A stretch of DNA of 64,000 nt from Candidatus Eiseniibacteriota bacterium. GTDB taxonomy: Bacteria; Eisenbacteria; RBG-16-71-46. The notes beneath the pieces are model-generated. The model was not told the origin of the DNA. It worked only from the letters and a program-made list of their open reading frames with translations, and did no database searches. The stretch lies in assembly GCA_044223005.1 (NCBI GenBank), contig JBGAML010000017.1:1-64000 (forward strand), written 5' to 3'. Below are positions 27,991 to 37,955 of the stretch, piece after piece. A program made the position numbers and the translations under genes. Numbering within the stretch: position 1 is the stretch's first letter; each line of letters starts with the position of its first letter.

Positions 27991-29112
27991 ATGAGCACTC
28001 CCGCACCCGTGATCCCCGAATCGCCCGCCCGCCAGCGCGGCGGTTCCCTGTTGAAGGCGATCCTCTACTCGCCGCTCTGGGCGCTGCCTTTCGCGCTCTT
28101 CTTCGGCACGATCTTCGGTGGCCACTGGGGCCAGTACCGGATGTCGTTCTCGGTCGCGCTCGTCTACACCCTCGTCATCCGCGTCGCGATCTGGGCCACG
28201 GGGCGCTGGCTCGTGCCGGCCCTGAACCTCCCCGAGCGCGATGCGTCGTGGCTGCCGCTGGCCGGGCTCTACATGGGCGTCAGTCTCGCGGCCTCGCTGC
28301 TCGCGGCCGAGATCGTCAACGTCTTCCTGCTGCACGACTTCATGCGCGACCTGCGCGGGCTTGCCGTGGTGTTCCTCTACGCGCTGCTCTTCGCGGGCCT
28401 GTTCATGGGCATCGTGTTCGCGCGCCACTTCTACCGTGCCGCGGTCGAACGCGGCGCGCAGGTCGAGCGGATCCGCGGCGAGCTCGCGCGCGCCGAGCTG
28501 CGCACGCTGCGCGCGCAGGTCCACCCGCACTTCCTCTTCAACACGCTCAACTCCATCGCGGCGCTGATCGCCGAGAACCCGCACGGCGCCGAGGACCTGG
28601 TCACCCGGCTCGCCGACGTGTTCCGCTACTCGCTCGCGGCGTCGCGCCATGACCATGCCCGGTTCGCGGACGAACTGGAGTTCCTGCGCAACTGGCTGCA
28701 GATCGAACACGCCCGCTTCGGCGATCGACTGCACGCCGAGGAGGCGATCGCGCCGGGGCTCGACGATCTGATGGTGCCGACGCTGCTGTTCCAGCCGCTG
28801 CTCGAGAACGCGGTGCGCTACGGCGTGAGCACGCGCCCCGAGGGCGGCACCGTGCGGCTCGAGGCCGCGCGTGAGGGCGACCTGCTGCGCGTCACCATCG
28901 CCGACGACGGCCCGGGCTTCGAACCGGGGCGGCCGCCGCAGGGCCACGGCGTCGGCCTCGAGAGCGTACGCGAACGGCTCCGGCTCGAAGGCCCACCGCA
29001 CGCCCTCGCGATCGACTCCCAGCCGGGCCGCGGCACTCGCGTCACCGTCACGCTCCCGGCCCGCACCTTCCCCGCGTCCCCGTCCCCGCTCCCCACTCCG
29101 GAGGTCTCATGA
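27991..29112 (+). CDS. LytS/AlgZ-type sensor histidine kinase
   Basis: LRAQVHPHFLFNTLNSIAAL, QPLLENAVRYG, DDGPG, GVGLESVRERL. Confidence 0.93.
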   Translation: MSTPAPVIPESPARQRGGSLLKAILYSPLWALPFALFFGTIFGGHWGQYRMSFSVALVYTLVIRVAIWATGRWLVPALNLPERDASWLPLAGLYMGVSLAASLLAAEIVNVFLLHDFMRDLRGLAVVFLYALLFAGLFMGIVFARHFYRAAVERGAQVERIRGELARAELRTLRAQVHPHFLFNTLNSIAALIAENPHGAEDLVTRLADVFRYSLAASRHDHARFADELEFLRNWLQIEHARFGDRLHAEEAIAPGLDDLMVPTLLFQPLLENAVRYGVSTRPEGGTVRLEAAREGDLLRVTIADDGPGFEPGRPPQGHGVGLESVRERLRLEGPPHALAIDSQPGRGTRVTVTLPARTFPASPSPLPTPEVS

Positions 29113-29897
29113 TCCGCCGACTTCTCGTCCTGGTGCTGCTGGCGTCGGTCACCGCGGCCGCGTTCGCCGGCGAGCCCGCGGGGCTCGCGCCGGCGCGGCG
29201 CGCGCTGCAGGAAGGCATCGACCACGCGAAGCCCGACGACATCCTCGCGGCCCGCGCGCAGTTCGTGGCGTTGCAGGCCGACGCACCCGACTCGCCGCTG
29301 CCCGGCTACTGGATCGCGCTCGCCAGCTGGCGCGCCGAACCGCTGCTGGGCGCCGACAAGGCGGAGTCCGCGCGCAAGCTGCTCGTCGACGGCATCGCGG
29401 CGTGCGACCGCGCATTCGCCGCGGATCCGAAGTTCGGCGAGGTGCTCGCGGTGAAGGCGAGCTTGCAGGCCCTCTCGCTCTCGTTCGCGCCGCAGGCGGC
29501 GATGACGCTCGGGCCCGAGATGGAGGAGAACTTCGCGCGCGCGAAGCAGCTCGAACCCGAGAACCCGCGCGTCTGGCTGCTGCACGGCGTCTACCTCCTG
29601 CACAAGCCGGCCGCGTTCGGCGGCGGTCCCGAGCGTGCGCAACCGGTGCTGGAGAAGGCCGTCGCGCTCTTCGCCGGCGCGAAGGCGACGGCGCGCGGGA
29701 TCGACTGGGGTCGCGACGACGCCTGCCTCTGGCTCGGCCGCTGCCTCGCGCAGCGCGGCGACTGGACGGGCGCGCGCAACCGCTTCCGCGACGCGCTGGC
29801 CGCCAATCCCGCCAATGGCTGGGTGCGCGCCCGGCTGCTGCCCGAGGCGGAGGCACACGTCGCCGCCCCGCAGGCGCCGGCGGATTCGACGAAATGA
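29109..29897 (+). CDS. Exported TPR-repeat protein
   Basis: Signal peptide; helical repeats (RAKQLEPENPR, DALAANPANGW); KPAAFGGG motif. Confidence 0.75.
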   Translation: MIRRLLVLVLLASVTAAAFAGEPAGLAPARRALQEGIDHAKPDDILAARAQFVALQADAPDSPLPGYWIALASWRAEPLLGADKAESARKLLVDGIAACDRAFAADPKFGEVLAVKASLQALSLSFAPQAAMTLGPEMEENFARAKQLEPENPRVWLLHGVYLLHKPAAFGGGPERAQPVLEKAVALFAGAKATARGIDWGRDDACLWLGRCLAQRGDWTGARNRFRDALAANPANGWVRARLLPEAEAHVAAPQAPADSTK

Positions 29898-32098
29898 ACC
29901 TCCGCGTTCCCACATTCGCGTGGGCGCTCCTGCTCGGCGTCCCGGCGCTCGCGGCCGCGCTGCCCGTCACGGGCGTGGTCGTGGACCACAAGGGCGCGCC
30001 GGTCGAGTTCGCGAGCGTGCGCGTGACGGCGCTGCAGCGCGGCACCGCGACCGACGGCCGGGGTGCGTTCACGCTCGACCTGCCCGCGGGCGACGCGCTG
30101 CTCGAGGTGACGCAGATCGGGTACCAGCGCGCGCACCTCGCGATCGCCGTGGCGGCGGGCATGGCGCCGCTGCGCGTCGTGCTCGCCGAGGCCCCGGTGC
30201 CGGTGGCCGAGGTGACGGTGGCGGCGTCGTCGTTCGGCAAGGTGGGCAAGAGCGAAGGCGCCGTGGTGCGGCGCCGCGACGTGATGATGACGCCGGGTGG
30301 TGCGGCGGACATCTTCCAGTCGCTGCGCGCGCTGCCGGGCATCACCGCGCCGGCCGAGGGCGCGGCGCTCTACGTGCGCGGCGGCGCGCCCGACGAGACG
30401 GTGATCCGCATCGACGGCGCCGAGATCGGGCACCCCTACCACTACGAGGGTGCGTCGGGCGGGCTCTTCAGCATCCTCGACACCTACATGCTCAAGAGCG
30501 CGTTCTTCTCGAGCGGCGGGTTCGGCAGCCGCTACGGCGGCGCGATGTCGGGCGTGCTCGACATCGAGACGGCGGACCCGGTCAACCTGCGCACGGTGAG
30601 CGTGGGCGCGAACGTCACGGGCTACAGCGTCTCGAGCACGTGGGCGCTGGTGCCCGACCGGCTCTCGCTGATGGGCAGCGTGGTGCAGTCGTTCCCGGAG
30701 CTGCTGTTCCGGCTCTACGGCTCGGTGCACGAGTACACGCAGGCGCCCTGGAGCGAGAACGGCGTCGCCAAGCTGCAGTACCGCTACTCGCCCACTGGCC
30801 GGCTGTCGCTCTTCGGCATCGGCTCGCAGGAACACCTCGGCGTGGAGACGAACGTGCTGGCGAGCCAGGACGTCTACCGCTCGCACGCGCGCAACGGCTT
30901 CGCCGCGCTCCACCTGCAGGACGCGCTGCTCGGGCACGGCGCGATCCGCGCCAACCTGACGACGCAGCACTATCGCTCGGACTGGACGTACTCCGAGTTC
31001 GGCGACCGCACGGCGGAGCACGTCGCCCAGGCCGACGTGAACGTGGTCTGGCCCCTCGGTTCGCGCCACGAGCTGACGTTCGGCGCGGTGGGCCGCCGCC
31101 ACGCACACGCGCGCGACGCGCTCACCCCCGCGGACAGCACCGACCTCGAGCGTGGCGCGCCCACGCGGCTCATGACGCTCGCCGAGACGCAGGACGAGGG
31201 CGGCGTGCACGTCGAGGACAAGCTGCGGCTGTGGGGCCCGCTCTATGCGACGCTCGGCGGCCGCGTCGACCGCGATCCGGCGGCCGACGAGTGGACCGTC
31301 GACCCGCGCGGCGCGCTCGCGTGGCGCATCGACGAGCACCAGACGCTCCGCGCAGCGGTGGGCCGTTACCACCAGCTCGCCAATCCGCTGCTGCGCGACG
31401 AGCGCTACGGTAACCCGAGCCTGCCCTCGCCGTATGCCGAGCACGCGATCGCGGGCTACGAGTGGAAGTCCGACTTCGGCAATATTCGCCTCGAAGGCTA
31501 CGAGAAGCGCTACCACCGTCTGCCGCTGGACGACGCCGAGACGTGGTACCGCGCCGCGGGCACGGGCCGCGCGCGCGGAGTGGACGCGTTCGTGCAGGGC
31601 ACGTGGAAGTACGTCAACGGCTGGGTGTCGTACGGCTGGCTCGACAGCCGCCGCCGGCAGTTCGACGATCCGCGCGAGGTCCCCACCGCCGCCGGCGTGA
31701 AGCACTCGCTGTCCGTGGTCGGGCAGTACCAGGTGAACTCGCGCTGGTCGACGGGTCTGCGCTGGTCGTGGTCCACGGGGCGGCCATACACGCCGGTGGT
31801 CGGCAGCACGTTCGACGTGATGCGCGGCGTCTGGCACCCGGTCTACGGCGAGCACGGCTCGCAGCTCATGCCGGCGTACAGCCGCGTGGACTTCCGCCTG
31901 CTTCGGCTCTTCTCGCTGCCGAAGTTGGGCGGCGTGCCGGCCAGCGGCCCGTCCGTGTTCTACCTCGAGGCGATGAACGTCCTCGCGACGCCGAACGTGC
32001 TCGACTACGTCTACAGCGTCGACTACACGCAGCGCCACGCCGAGTATTCCTACTTCAGCCGCCGGTTCCTCGTGGCGGGGTTCAGCGTCTCGTGGTAG
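29894..32098 (+). CDS. TonB-dependent receptor with N-terminal carboxypeptidase-like regulatory domain
   Basis: Signal peptide; GTATDGRGAFTL; plug DIFQSLRALPG..LYVRGG..GGFGSRYGGAMSGVLDI; C-terminal GFSVSW. Confidence 0.9.
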   Translation: MNLRVPTFAWALLLGVPALAAALPVTGVVVDHKGAPVEFASVRVTALQRGTATDGRGAFTLDLPAGDALLEVTQIGYQRAHLAIAVAAGMAPLRVVLAEAPVPVAEVTVAASSFGKVGKSEGAVVRRRDVMMTPGGAADIFQSLRALPGITAPAEGAALYVRGGAPDETVIRIDGAEIGHPYHYEGASGGLFSILDTYMLKSAFFSSGGFGSRYGGAMSGVLDIETADPVNLRTVSVGANVTGYSVSSTWALVPDRLSLMGSVVQSFPELLFRLYGSVHEYTQAPWSENGVAKLQYRYSPTGRLSLFGIGSQEHLGVETNVLASQDVYRSHARNGFAALHLQDALLGHGAIRANLTTQHYRSDWTYSEFGDRTAEHVAQADVNVVWPLGSRHELTFGAVGRRHAHARDALTPADSTDLERGAPTRLMTLAETQDEGGVHVEDKLRLWGPLYATLGGRVDRDPAADEWTVDPRGALAWRIDEHQTLRAAVGRYHQLANPLLRDERYGNPSLPSPYAEHAIAGYEWKSDFGNIRLEGYEKRYHRLPLDDAETWYRAAGTGRARGVDAFVQGTWKYVNGWVSYGWLDSRRRQFDDPREVPTAAGVKHSLSVVGQYQVNSRWSTGLRWSWSTGRPYTPVVGSTFDVMRGVWHPVYGEHGSQLMPAYSRVDFRLLRLFSLPKLGGVPASGPSVFYLEAMNVLATPNVLDYVYSVDYTQRHAEYSYFSRRFLVAGFSVSW

Positions 32099-32108
32099 AA
32101 CGCCGGCC

Positions 32109-32882
32109 ATGAGCCCCGCGCCGCTGCGCCTCGCCATCGTGGACGACGAGCCGCTCGCGCGTGCCCGCGTGCGCCGCATGCTCGCCGGCGATCCGCAGGT
32201 CGAAGTCGTCGGCGAGGCCGGCAACGCGGACGAAGCCCGAGCACTGGTGCGCACGGCGCGCCCCGACGCGCTGCTGCTCGACATCCAGATGCCGGGCGAG
32301 GACGGCTTCGCCCTGCTGGCGTCGCTCGACCCGCGGCCGGCGGTCGTGTTCGTGACGGCGTACGACCAGTACGCCGTGCGCGCGTTCGAGGAAAACGCGG
32401 TCGATTACCTGCTCAAGCCGTTCCGCGCCGAGCGGCTCGCCGGCGCACTGGCCCGGCTCCGCACCGAGCTCGAACGGCCCGCCGAGCTGTCGCGCCGGCT
32501 CGAGGAGCTGCTCGCGGCCGTCGGCCCGGGCGCGCGGCCCGACGGCTGGCTCGAGCGCTTCACCGTGCGCGTGGGACTCAAGCAGCGCATCGTGAAGGTG
32601 GCGGACGTGCTGTGGTTCGGCGCCGAGGACAAGCTCGTGTTCGCCGCCGTCGAGGGCGATCGCCACTACGTCAACTTCACGCTCGACGAACTCGAGCGCC
32701 GGCTCGATCCCTCCCGCTTCGCGCGCGTGCACCGCTCGGCGATCGCGAACCTCGACCGCGCGGAGGCGATGCGCCCCGGCTTCGCGGGCACGTGGCGTCT
32801 GCAGATGAACGACGCGGCGCGCACCGAGGTGCCGGTGAGCCGCGCGCGGGCGCGCGCGCTGCGCCAGCGACTCGGCGCCTAG
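32109..32882 (+). CDS. LytTR-family response regulator
   Basis: IVDDEPLAR, LDIQMP, FVTAYDQYAVRAFE, DYLLKP; LytTR domain FARVHRSAIAN, VPVSR. Confidence 0.95.
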   Translation: MSPAPLRLAIVDDEPLARARVRRMLAGDPQVEVVGEAGNADEARALVRTARPDALLLDIQMPGEDGFALLASLDPRPAVVFVTAYDQYAVRAFEENAVDYLLKPFRAERLAGALARLRTELERPAELSRRLEELLAAVGPGARPDGWLERFTVRVGLKQRIVKVADVLWFGAEDKLVFAAVEGDRHYVNFTLDELERRLDPSRFARVHRSAIANLDRAEAMRPGFAGTWRLQMNDAARTEVPVSRARARALRQRLGA

Positions 32883-32907
32883 GTCCTGTCCGCGCGCCCG
32901 CCCCGCG

Positions 32908-33591
32908 TCAGTCCACCACCACGCGCAGGTCGCCGCCATCGCGCAGCGTCGCCACCGCGGCCGCGATCAGCCCGGTCGAACCAAGCATCTTGCTGGTTTC
33001 CTCGCTCACGCGCGCGAGCACGAAAGTCCACTGGTGCGGGCCGCCGTGCCACATCAGCCAGCCACCGAGCCGGCCGAACGCCGAGTGCCCCGCACCCGCG
33101 AGCACGGCCGCCGCGACGACGAGGACCGCCCGCCGCCGGGGCAGCGCCCGCAGCAACGGCCATGCGGTCACCGCGCCCACGACGGCGATCGCGATCGCCG
33201 TCGCGATCCATGCGTCGCGCGAAACGTGGAAGTGCGTCGAGCGCGCGGTGAACTCGATCGTCCGCTCGAACAGCGAGGCGTCCTCGAGCACGGAGACGCC
33301 GAGCGTCGCCGCCGCGAACGCGCCCCAGCGCCATGCGTGCCCGTCGCGCAGCCGGGAGGATCGCACCGCGTGCAGCGCGAACAGGGTCGCGAGCGTCCCA
33401 AGCAGCACGGTCGAGTACCAGGTGGGCAGGTTGTTCTCGGCGGCGAGATCGAACATGCCCTCCCAGCCGTGCAGGACCGGGTGCGGCGCGAGGAACATGG
33501 ACCATCCGGCGACGAGCCCGGCGGCGGCGAGGAGGAAGACTCCGGCGGCGAGCACGCGTACGAGCGCGCGCATCGGCAGGTGCAGGGACAT
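32908..33591 (-). CDS. Hypothetical integral membrane protein
   Basis: Several TM helices; FDLAAENNLPTWYS and EETSKMLG resemble a conserved uncharacterised membrane family. Confidence 0.65.
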   Translation of the reverse strand: MSLHLPMRALVRVLAAGVFLLAAAGLVAGWSMFLAPHPVLHGWEGMFDLAAENNLPTWYSTVLLGTLATLFALHAVRSSRLRDGHAWRWGAFAAATLGVSVLEDASLFERTIEFTARSTHFHVSRDAWIATAIAIAVVGAVTAWPLLRALPRRRAVLVVAAAVLAGAGHSAFGRLGGWLMWHGGPHQWTFVLARVSEETSKMLGSTGLIAAAVATLRDGGDLRVVVD

Positions 33592-33873
33592 GAAGGGCCT
33601 CCGCGGGATGCCGCGCGCGCCGGGCCGTTCCCGGGCCGCGCCGGCTCCCGGTTCCTCCTACCCGGCCTCGTGCGTCCGGGTTCGCGCGAAAGCGGGAATT
33701 TCGTGGCCAATCCGCAAGGGTCGCCACAATCGGCTCCCGGACGGGCGCACGGCGCTTGACCCTGTCGCGCGCGCCGGGGTACAAGCACGCACGTTGGGAG
33801 CCGCTCGCCGCCCCACGCCGGGGAACGGCCGGCCGGATCGTGATCGAACCTCCATCACCCGCGAGGCCGTTCG

Positions 33874-35274
33874 ATGTCGCCGACCCCCGTCACCTATCCC
33901 AACCTGAGCAGCGAGTTCCAGGCCCGACGCACGCTCAACTGGCTGTCCGTCGGCCTCATGTACGCGTTCTTCTACACCACGCGCTACAACTGGACCGTCG
34001 TCTCGCCCAAGATCGCGAACATCCTCGGCTGGCAGAACGCCCAGCTCGGCGTGTTCGAGACGATGATGCCGATCGTCTACGCGTTCTCCGTCATCTTCAA
34101 CGGCCCGATCGCCGACCGCGTCGGCGGCAAGAAGGCGTTCCTGTTCGGCGCCGCCGGCGTCGTCGTGATGAACGCGCTCTTCGGCCTCGCCAGCTTCGCC
34201 GTCGTGACGCCCGCCGTGTGGGAAGGCGCCAAGGCCACCAAGCATCTCGTCACGCCCGCCGTCCTGCGCCCCGGCGTCGAGCCCGGCGCACTGCTCGCGA
34301 TGATGGCGATCACGTGGGGCCTGAACGGCTACTTCCAGGCCTTCGGCGCGCTCTCGATCGTGAAGATCAACGCGCACTGGTTCCACACCCGCGAGCGCGG
34401 CTGGTTCTCCGGCGTGTTCGGCGTGCTGATCCGCCTCGGGCTGCTGATGGCGTTCTCGGGCATCCCGATCATCCTGAAGAACTTCCCGTGGCAGTACGCG
34501 TTCTGGATCCCCGCCGGCTGCGTCGCGGTGTTCTTCCTGGTCAACGCCGCGTTCGTGAAGGATTCGCCGAAGGACGCGGGGTTCGGCGAGTTCGAGACCG
34601 GCGACGCGCACGACGACGACGCTCCGGTCTCGCTCGGCTACGTCGTGAAGAAGATCTTCGGCTCGCGCGTCACGTGGATCATCGCGCTCAGCTCGATGAT
34701 GATCGGCTTCGTGCGCCGCAGCCATCTCGACTCGTGGTGGCCGCGCTACTTCGAGCAGTACCACGGCGCCACCCCCGACGACTTCGCCACGTACGCCCCC
34801 TACCAGCTCGCCACGTGGGGCATCGCGCTCGCCGGCATCGCCGGCGGCTTCACGTTCGGCATCATGTCCGATCGAACGTTCGGTGGCCGCCGCGCCCCCG
34901 TGATCACCGCCGGCTTCATCGGCATGGCACTGGTGCTCGCACTCTCCGGCCTCGGCGACCACATGCACATGGGCCCGATGATGGCCGCCACCTGGCTCGT
35001 CGTGCTCTCGTTCTGCGTCAACGGCGCCCACGGCATGATCGGCGGCGCCGCGAGCATGGACTTCGGCGGCAAGAAGGCCGCCGCGACCGCCGCCGGCATG
35101 TTCGACGGCATGCAGTACCTGACCGCCTTCATCGTCGGCCCCGGCGTCCCACTGGTGACCAGGAAGTGGGGCTGGGAAGCCTGGCACTGGGCCCCGGTCC
35201 CATTCGCCATCCTCGGCGCGCTCCTGATGAGCACGCTCTGGAACGTGACACCGAGCCGGAAGGCCGGACACTAG
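33874..35274 (+). CDS. MFS transporter, organophosphate:Pi antiporter (GlpT/UhpC)-like
   Basis: YAFFYTTRYN, GPIADRVGGKK, NGYFQAFG, WFHTRERG, MSDRTFGGRRAP, DFGGKKAAATAAGMFDG. Confidence 0.88.
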   Translation: MSPTPVTYPNLSSEFQARRTLNWLSVGLMYAFFYTTRYNWTVVSPKIANILGWQNAQLGVFETMMPIVYAFSVIFNGPIADRVGGKKAFLFGAAGVVVMNALFGLASFAVVTPAVWEGAKATKHLVTPAVLRPGVEPGALLAMMAITWGLNGYFQAFGALSIVKINAHWFHTRERGWFSGVFGVLIRLGLLMAFSGIPIILKNFPWQYAFWIPAGCVAVFFLVNAAFVKDSPKDAGFGEFETGDAHDDDAPVSLGYVVKKIFGSRVTWIIALSSMMIGFVRRSHLDSWWPRYFEQYHGATPDDFATYAPYQLATWGIALAGIAGGFTFGIMSDRTFGGRRAPVITAGFIGMALVLALSGLGDHMHMGPMMAATWLVVLSFCVNGAHGMIGGAASMDFGGKKAAATAAGMFDGMQYLTAFIVGPGVPLVTRKWGWEAWHWAPVPFAILGALLMSTLWNVTPSRKAGH

Positions 35275-35358
35275 GCTCGTCACTCGGCGACCGACCGCAG
35301 GACACGACGACGCCCGCTCGCGCGAGGAGCGCGGGCGGGCGTTGGGGTCTGGGGGTGG

Positions 35359-36285
35359 CTAGGGGCTCGCGCTGGCCTGCGCGCTGCACGACCACGCGTG
35401 TGCCGGGAGGCGTAGACCGCCACTTGGATCGATGGTGATCAGGCTCGCGAGATCCGTCACACGAACGCCGAACATGCTCGAGAATCCGGATACGATTCTC
35501 AGACGGCTCGCCAGGATCGGCACTTCGCAGCGTCCGTGACGAACCGATCTCGGAACGGGCACGAGCAGCTCCTCGTCCGGGATCGCCCAGTCGTCTCTGG
35601 CGAAGCGAATTCGCGTCGGTGCGCGGCCCCAGCCGCCGAGCACCCACTTGCTCGATGTGCATCGCCAGTAGCCGTCGGCAGGCGACCGGAGCCGCCCGTT
35701 GGCGTTCCGCCCCTCCAGCTTCACCCTTGCGAGCCCCACAGAAGCCGCCAGCAACGGCTCGACGTCGCAGCGAATGACGATCGATTCCGCGATCGAATCG
35801 GGGACGGCGGCGTCGCAAGCCACTCGGCCGCTGTCGTCCAGGGCAATTCCAAAGGTCGTGTAGCCGGCTTCGCGGCGGACGCTAGGGGCAGGGTCGGCGT
35901 TGGCTCCAAAGATCACGTGCACGCCGCGCTTGATTCCCAGTCTGGAGTAGCCGCTCGCGAAGGAGGATACCCCGCCGCGAAGGACGGAGTCCGGCGAGTA
36001 GCCTTGGACCAAGCTGTCGATGGCGATGGAGTCGCCATCCATTCCATAACCATGCATGGCGATCACGTGGCCGAATCCGATGAGGTCACAACGCCACCAT
36101 CTCGCCAGCGCGTTTCGTACAGGGCTCCTACACGGCGCCGGCTCGTCCCACTCGTGACGCACTCGCTTCGCGTCGCTCCCCATGCTCTGGCCGCCGGCCG
36201 GCGAAGTGAAAGCCAGCGCAAGGAACCCGAGCGCGAACCACGAGACCAGTCGCCCGGCGCATTGATGGCGAAAGACACTGTGCAT
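35359..36285 (-). CDS. Hypothetical (orphan) protein, possibly exported
   Basis: Long ORF with signal-like WFALGFLALAFTSPAGG; visibly lower GC and atypical codon usage; no recognisable motif. Confidence 0.45.
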   Translation of the reverse strand: MHSVFRHQCAGRLVSWFALGFLALAFTSPAGGQSMGSDAKRVRHEWDEPAPCRSPVRNALARWWRCDLIGFGHVIAMHGYGMDGDSIAIDSLVQGYSPDSVLRGGVSSFASGYSRLGIKRGVHVIFGANADPAPSVRREAGYTTFGIALDDSGRVACDAAVPDSIAESIVIRCDVEPLLAASVGLARVKLEGRNANGRLRSPADGYWRCTSSKWVLGGWGRAPTRIRFARDDWAIPDEELLVPVPRSVRHGRCEVPILASRLRIVSGFSSMFGVRVTDLASLITIDPSGGLRLPAHAWSCSAQASASP

Positions 36286-36411
36286 GACGATGTGCGGCCC
36301 TCGCACGATGGGCGGCGCTGGTCGCCGCTCAGGAAATCCCGGTGCTGGCACTTCAGGATGGGAACATAGCAGCTGCTGCGAGTACCAGTGCTCGGGAGTC
36401 CTCGCGACCGC

Positions 36412-37725
36412 TCACGCCGCCGCGAACGGTGCCTGCGGCCTCGCCTTCGCAAGTGAGCCGAGTGCCGCGCGCACGTGCGCCTCGAGTGTCTGCTCTGGAC
36501 CGCCCGCGCACGACGCGGCCGCGGACTTCGCTTCGTCCGGGCGGAACTTCAGCGAGCGCAGCGCGGCGATCACGTCGCGCGTGCGGGCGTCGATGGTGTC
36601 GCGCGATTGGCGCTCGGCCTCGGTTACAGCACAGCCGGCCTCCCGCTCGGCCACGCGCTTCGCGGCTGCGACGGTCCTGGCCGCTTCGCGCGCCTCCCGG
36701 GCCGCGGCGCGACGGGCCTTCATGAACCCGGCTCCGAACGCCTTCTCGGCCGCGAGCTGGTTGTGCGCGTGGCAGCGCAACCGCAGGTTCGGGACCGTGC
36801 TCTCTCCACCCAGCGCTTGCGGAACAATGTGATCGTACTGCAGTTGCTTGCGACATTCGCATCGTCGGCCGGCATCGCTCGTGTACGTGCACTGGCCGCC
36901 GTCGCGCTGCCATACTTCGCGACGCACATGCTTCGGGATGTAGCGACTTCCGCACCCCATCGTACCGTCGACCGCGGGCTCCGGTCGTGCCGTGCGCCGG
37001 CCCGAGCCGAACTTCCGCTTCTCCAGCTTCTCGCGCCACGCCGTGACCATCTGCGCGAACGCTCGCACCGGATCGTGCGCGACGTCGTACGGCGCCAGCG
37101 CGAGGGCGTCGCGATAGGCATCCGCGAGCTCGGCGGGCACAGTGAAAGCGATCGTGCGGCGGGCCGGCGCGGGCGGCGTGATCGGCGCGTAAGCAGCGGT
37201 CGCGTGAACCGACTCGACCGCTTGACCGTTTCCAGATATGACCGGAACCGGTTCCGGTTCGCTCTCAGGATTCGCAACAACTTGCGCGAGCAAGTCCGGC
37301 GCGGACTCACCGGTCGACGTGCGTGCGACGAGCATGTCGCGGATCTCCAGCACCGACCGGTTCGCCGCGGCGGCGATCAACTCGTCGGCGTTGTCCGGCT
37401 CGATGTGCACGGCGAGCATGAGGATCGCTCGCAGGTGCAGCCGCCCATCCGCGATCGCCGGCAACAGCGCCGGCACGCGGCGCACGGCTCTCGCCGCCTG
37501 GATCTTCTTGTCCGCCGAATCGGCATCCATCCCCAGTTCGCCGACCAGGAACGCCGTCGTCGAACGATACGCCGCTTCGACGTAGAGCTGGCGCGCATCG
37601 ATCTCGGCGAGATGCTCGAGCAGATCCGCGAGATTGGCCGCACGAGCGGTCAACAGCGAGCGCGTCTCCGAAAGCAGGACCTGGGGCGTGAGCGAGAAGA
37701 GCGAGCGAACGGTCCGCATGTGCAC
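36412..37725 (-). CDS. HNH endonuclease (DUF222-like N-terminus, C-terminal RuvA_C-like helical domain)
   Basis: RYIPKHVRREVWQRDGGQC..RRC..LQYDHIVPQALGGESTVPNLRLRCHAHN; LLEHLAEIDARQLY; tail DVIAALRSLKFRPDEAKSA..VRAALGSL. Confidence 0.85.
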   Translation of the reverse strand: MHMRTVRSLFSLTPQVLLSETRSLLTARAANLADLLEHLAEIDARQLYVEAAYRSTTAFLVGELGMDADSADKKIQAARAVRRVPALLPAIADGRLHLRAILMLAVHIEPDNADELIAAAANRSVLEIRDMLVARTSTGESAPDLLAQVVANPESEPEPVPVISGNGQAVESVHATAAYAPITPPAPARRTIAFTVPAELADAYRDALALAPYDVAHDPVRAFAQMVTAWREKLEKRKFGSGRRTARPEPAVDGTMGCGSRYIPKHVRREVWQRDGGQCTYTSDAGRRCECRKQLQYDHIVPQALGGESTVPNLRLRCHAHNQLAAEKAFGAGFMKARRAAAREAREAARTVAAAKRVAEREAGCAVTEAERQSRDTIDARTRDVIAALRSLKFRPDEAKSAAASCAGGPEQTLEAHVRAALGSLAKARPQAPFAAA

Positions 37726-37955
37726 ATCCGCGTCGGGGGCGGGTGCGTGTCGGGCGCACGTACTTCATAGCACACGCAAATTCGGCCGCCGCAGATGCGC
37801 GCACGCGCCGAATCGCGACGCAACGCGACATCGCGCGAGGACTCGCATGCGTTCGGCGATGTACGGACGCATACCCCACGCACGCGGCACGCACGCACTC
37901 GGGCCTCGGATTCGAGAACGTTGCTCGCGAAATCGCGTCAAGTGGAATCGGTGGC

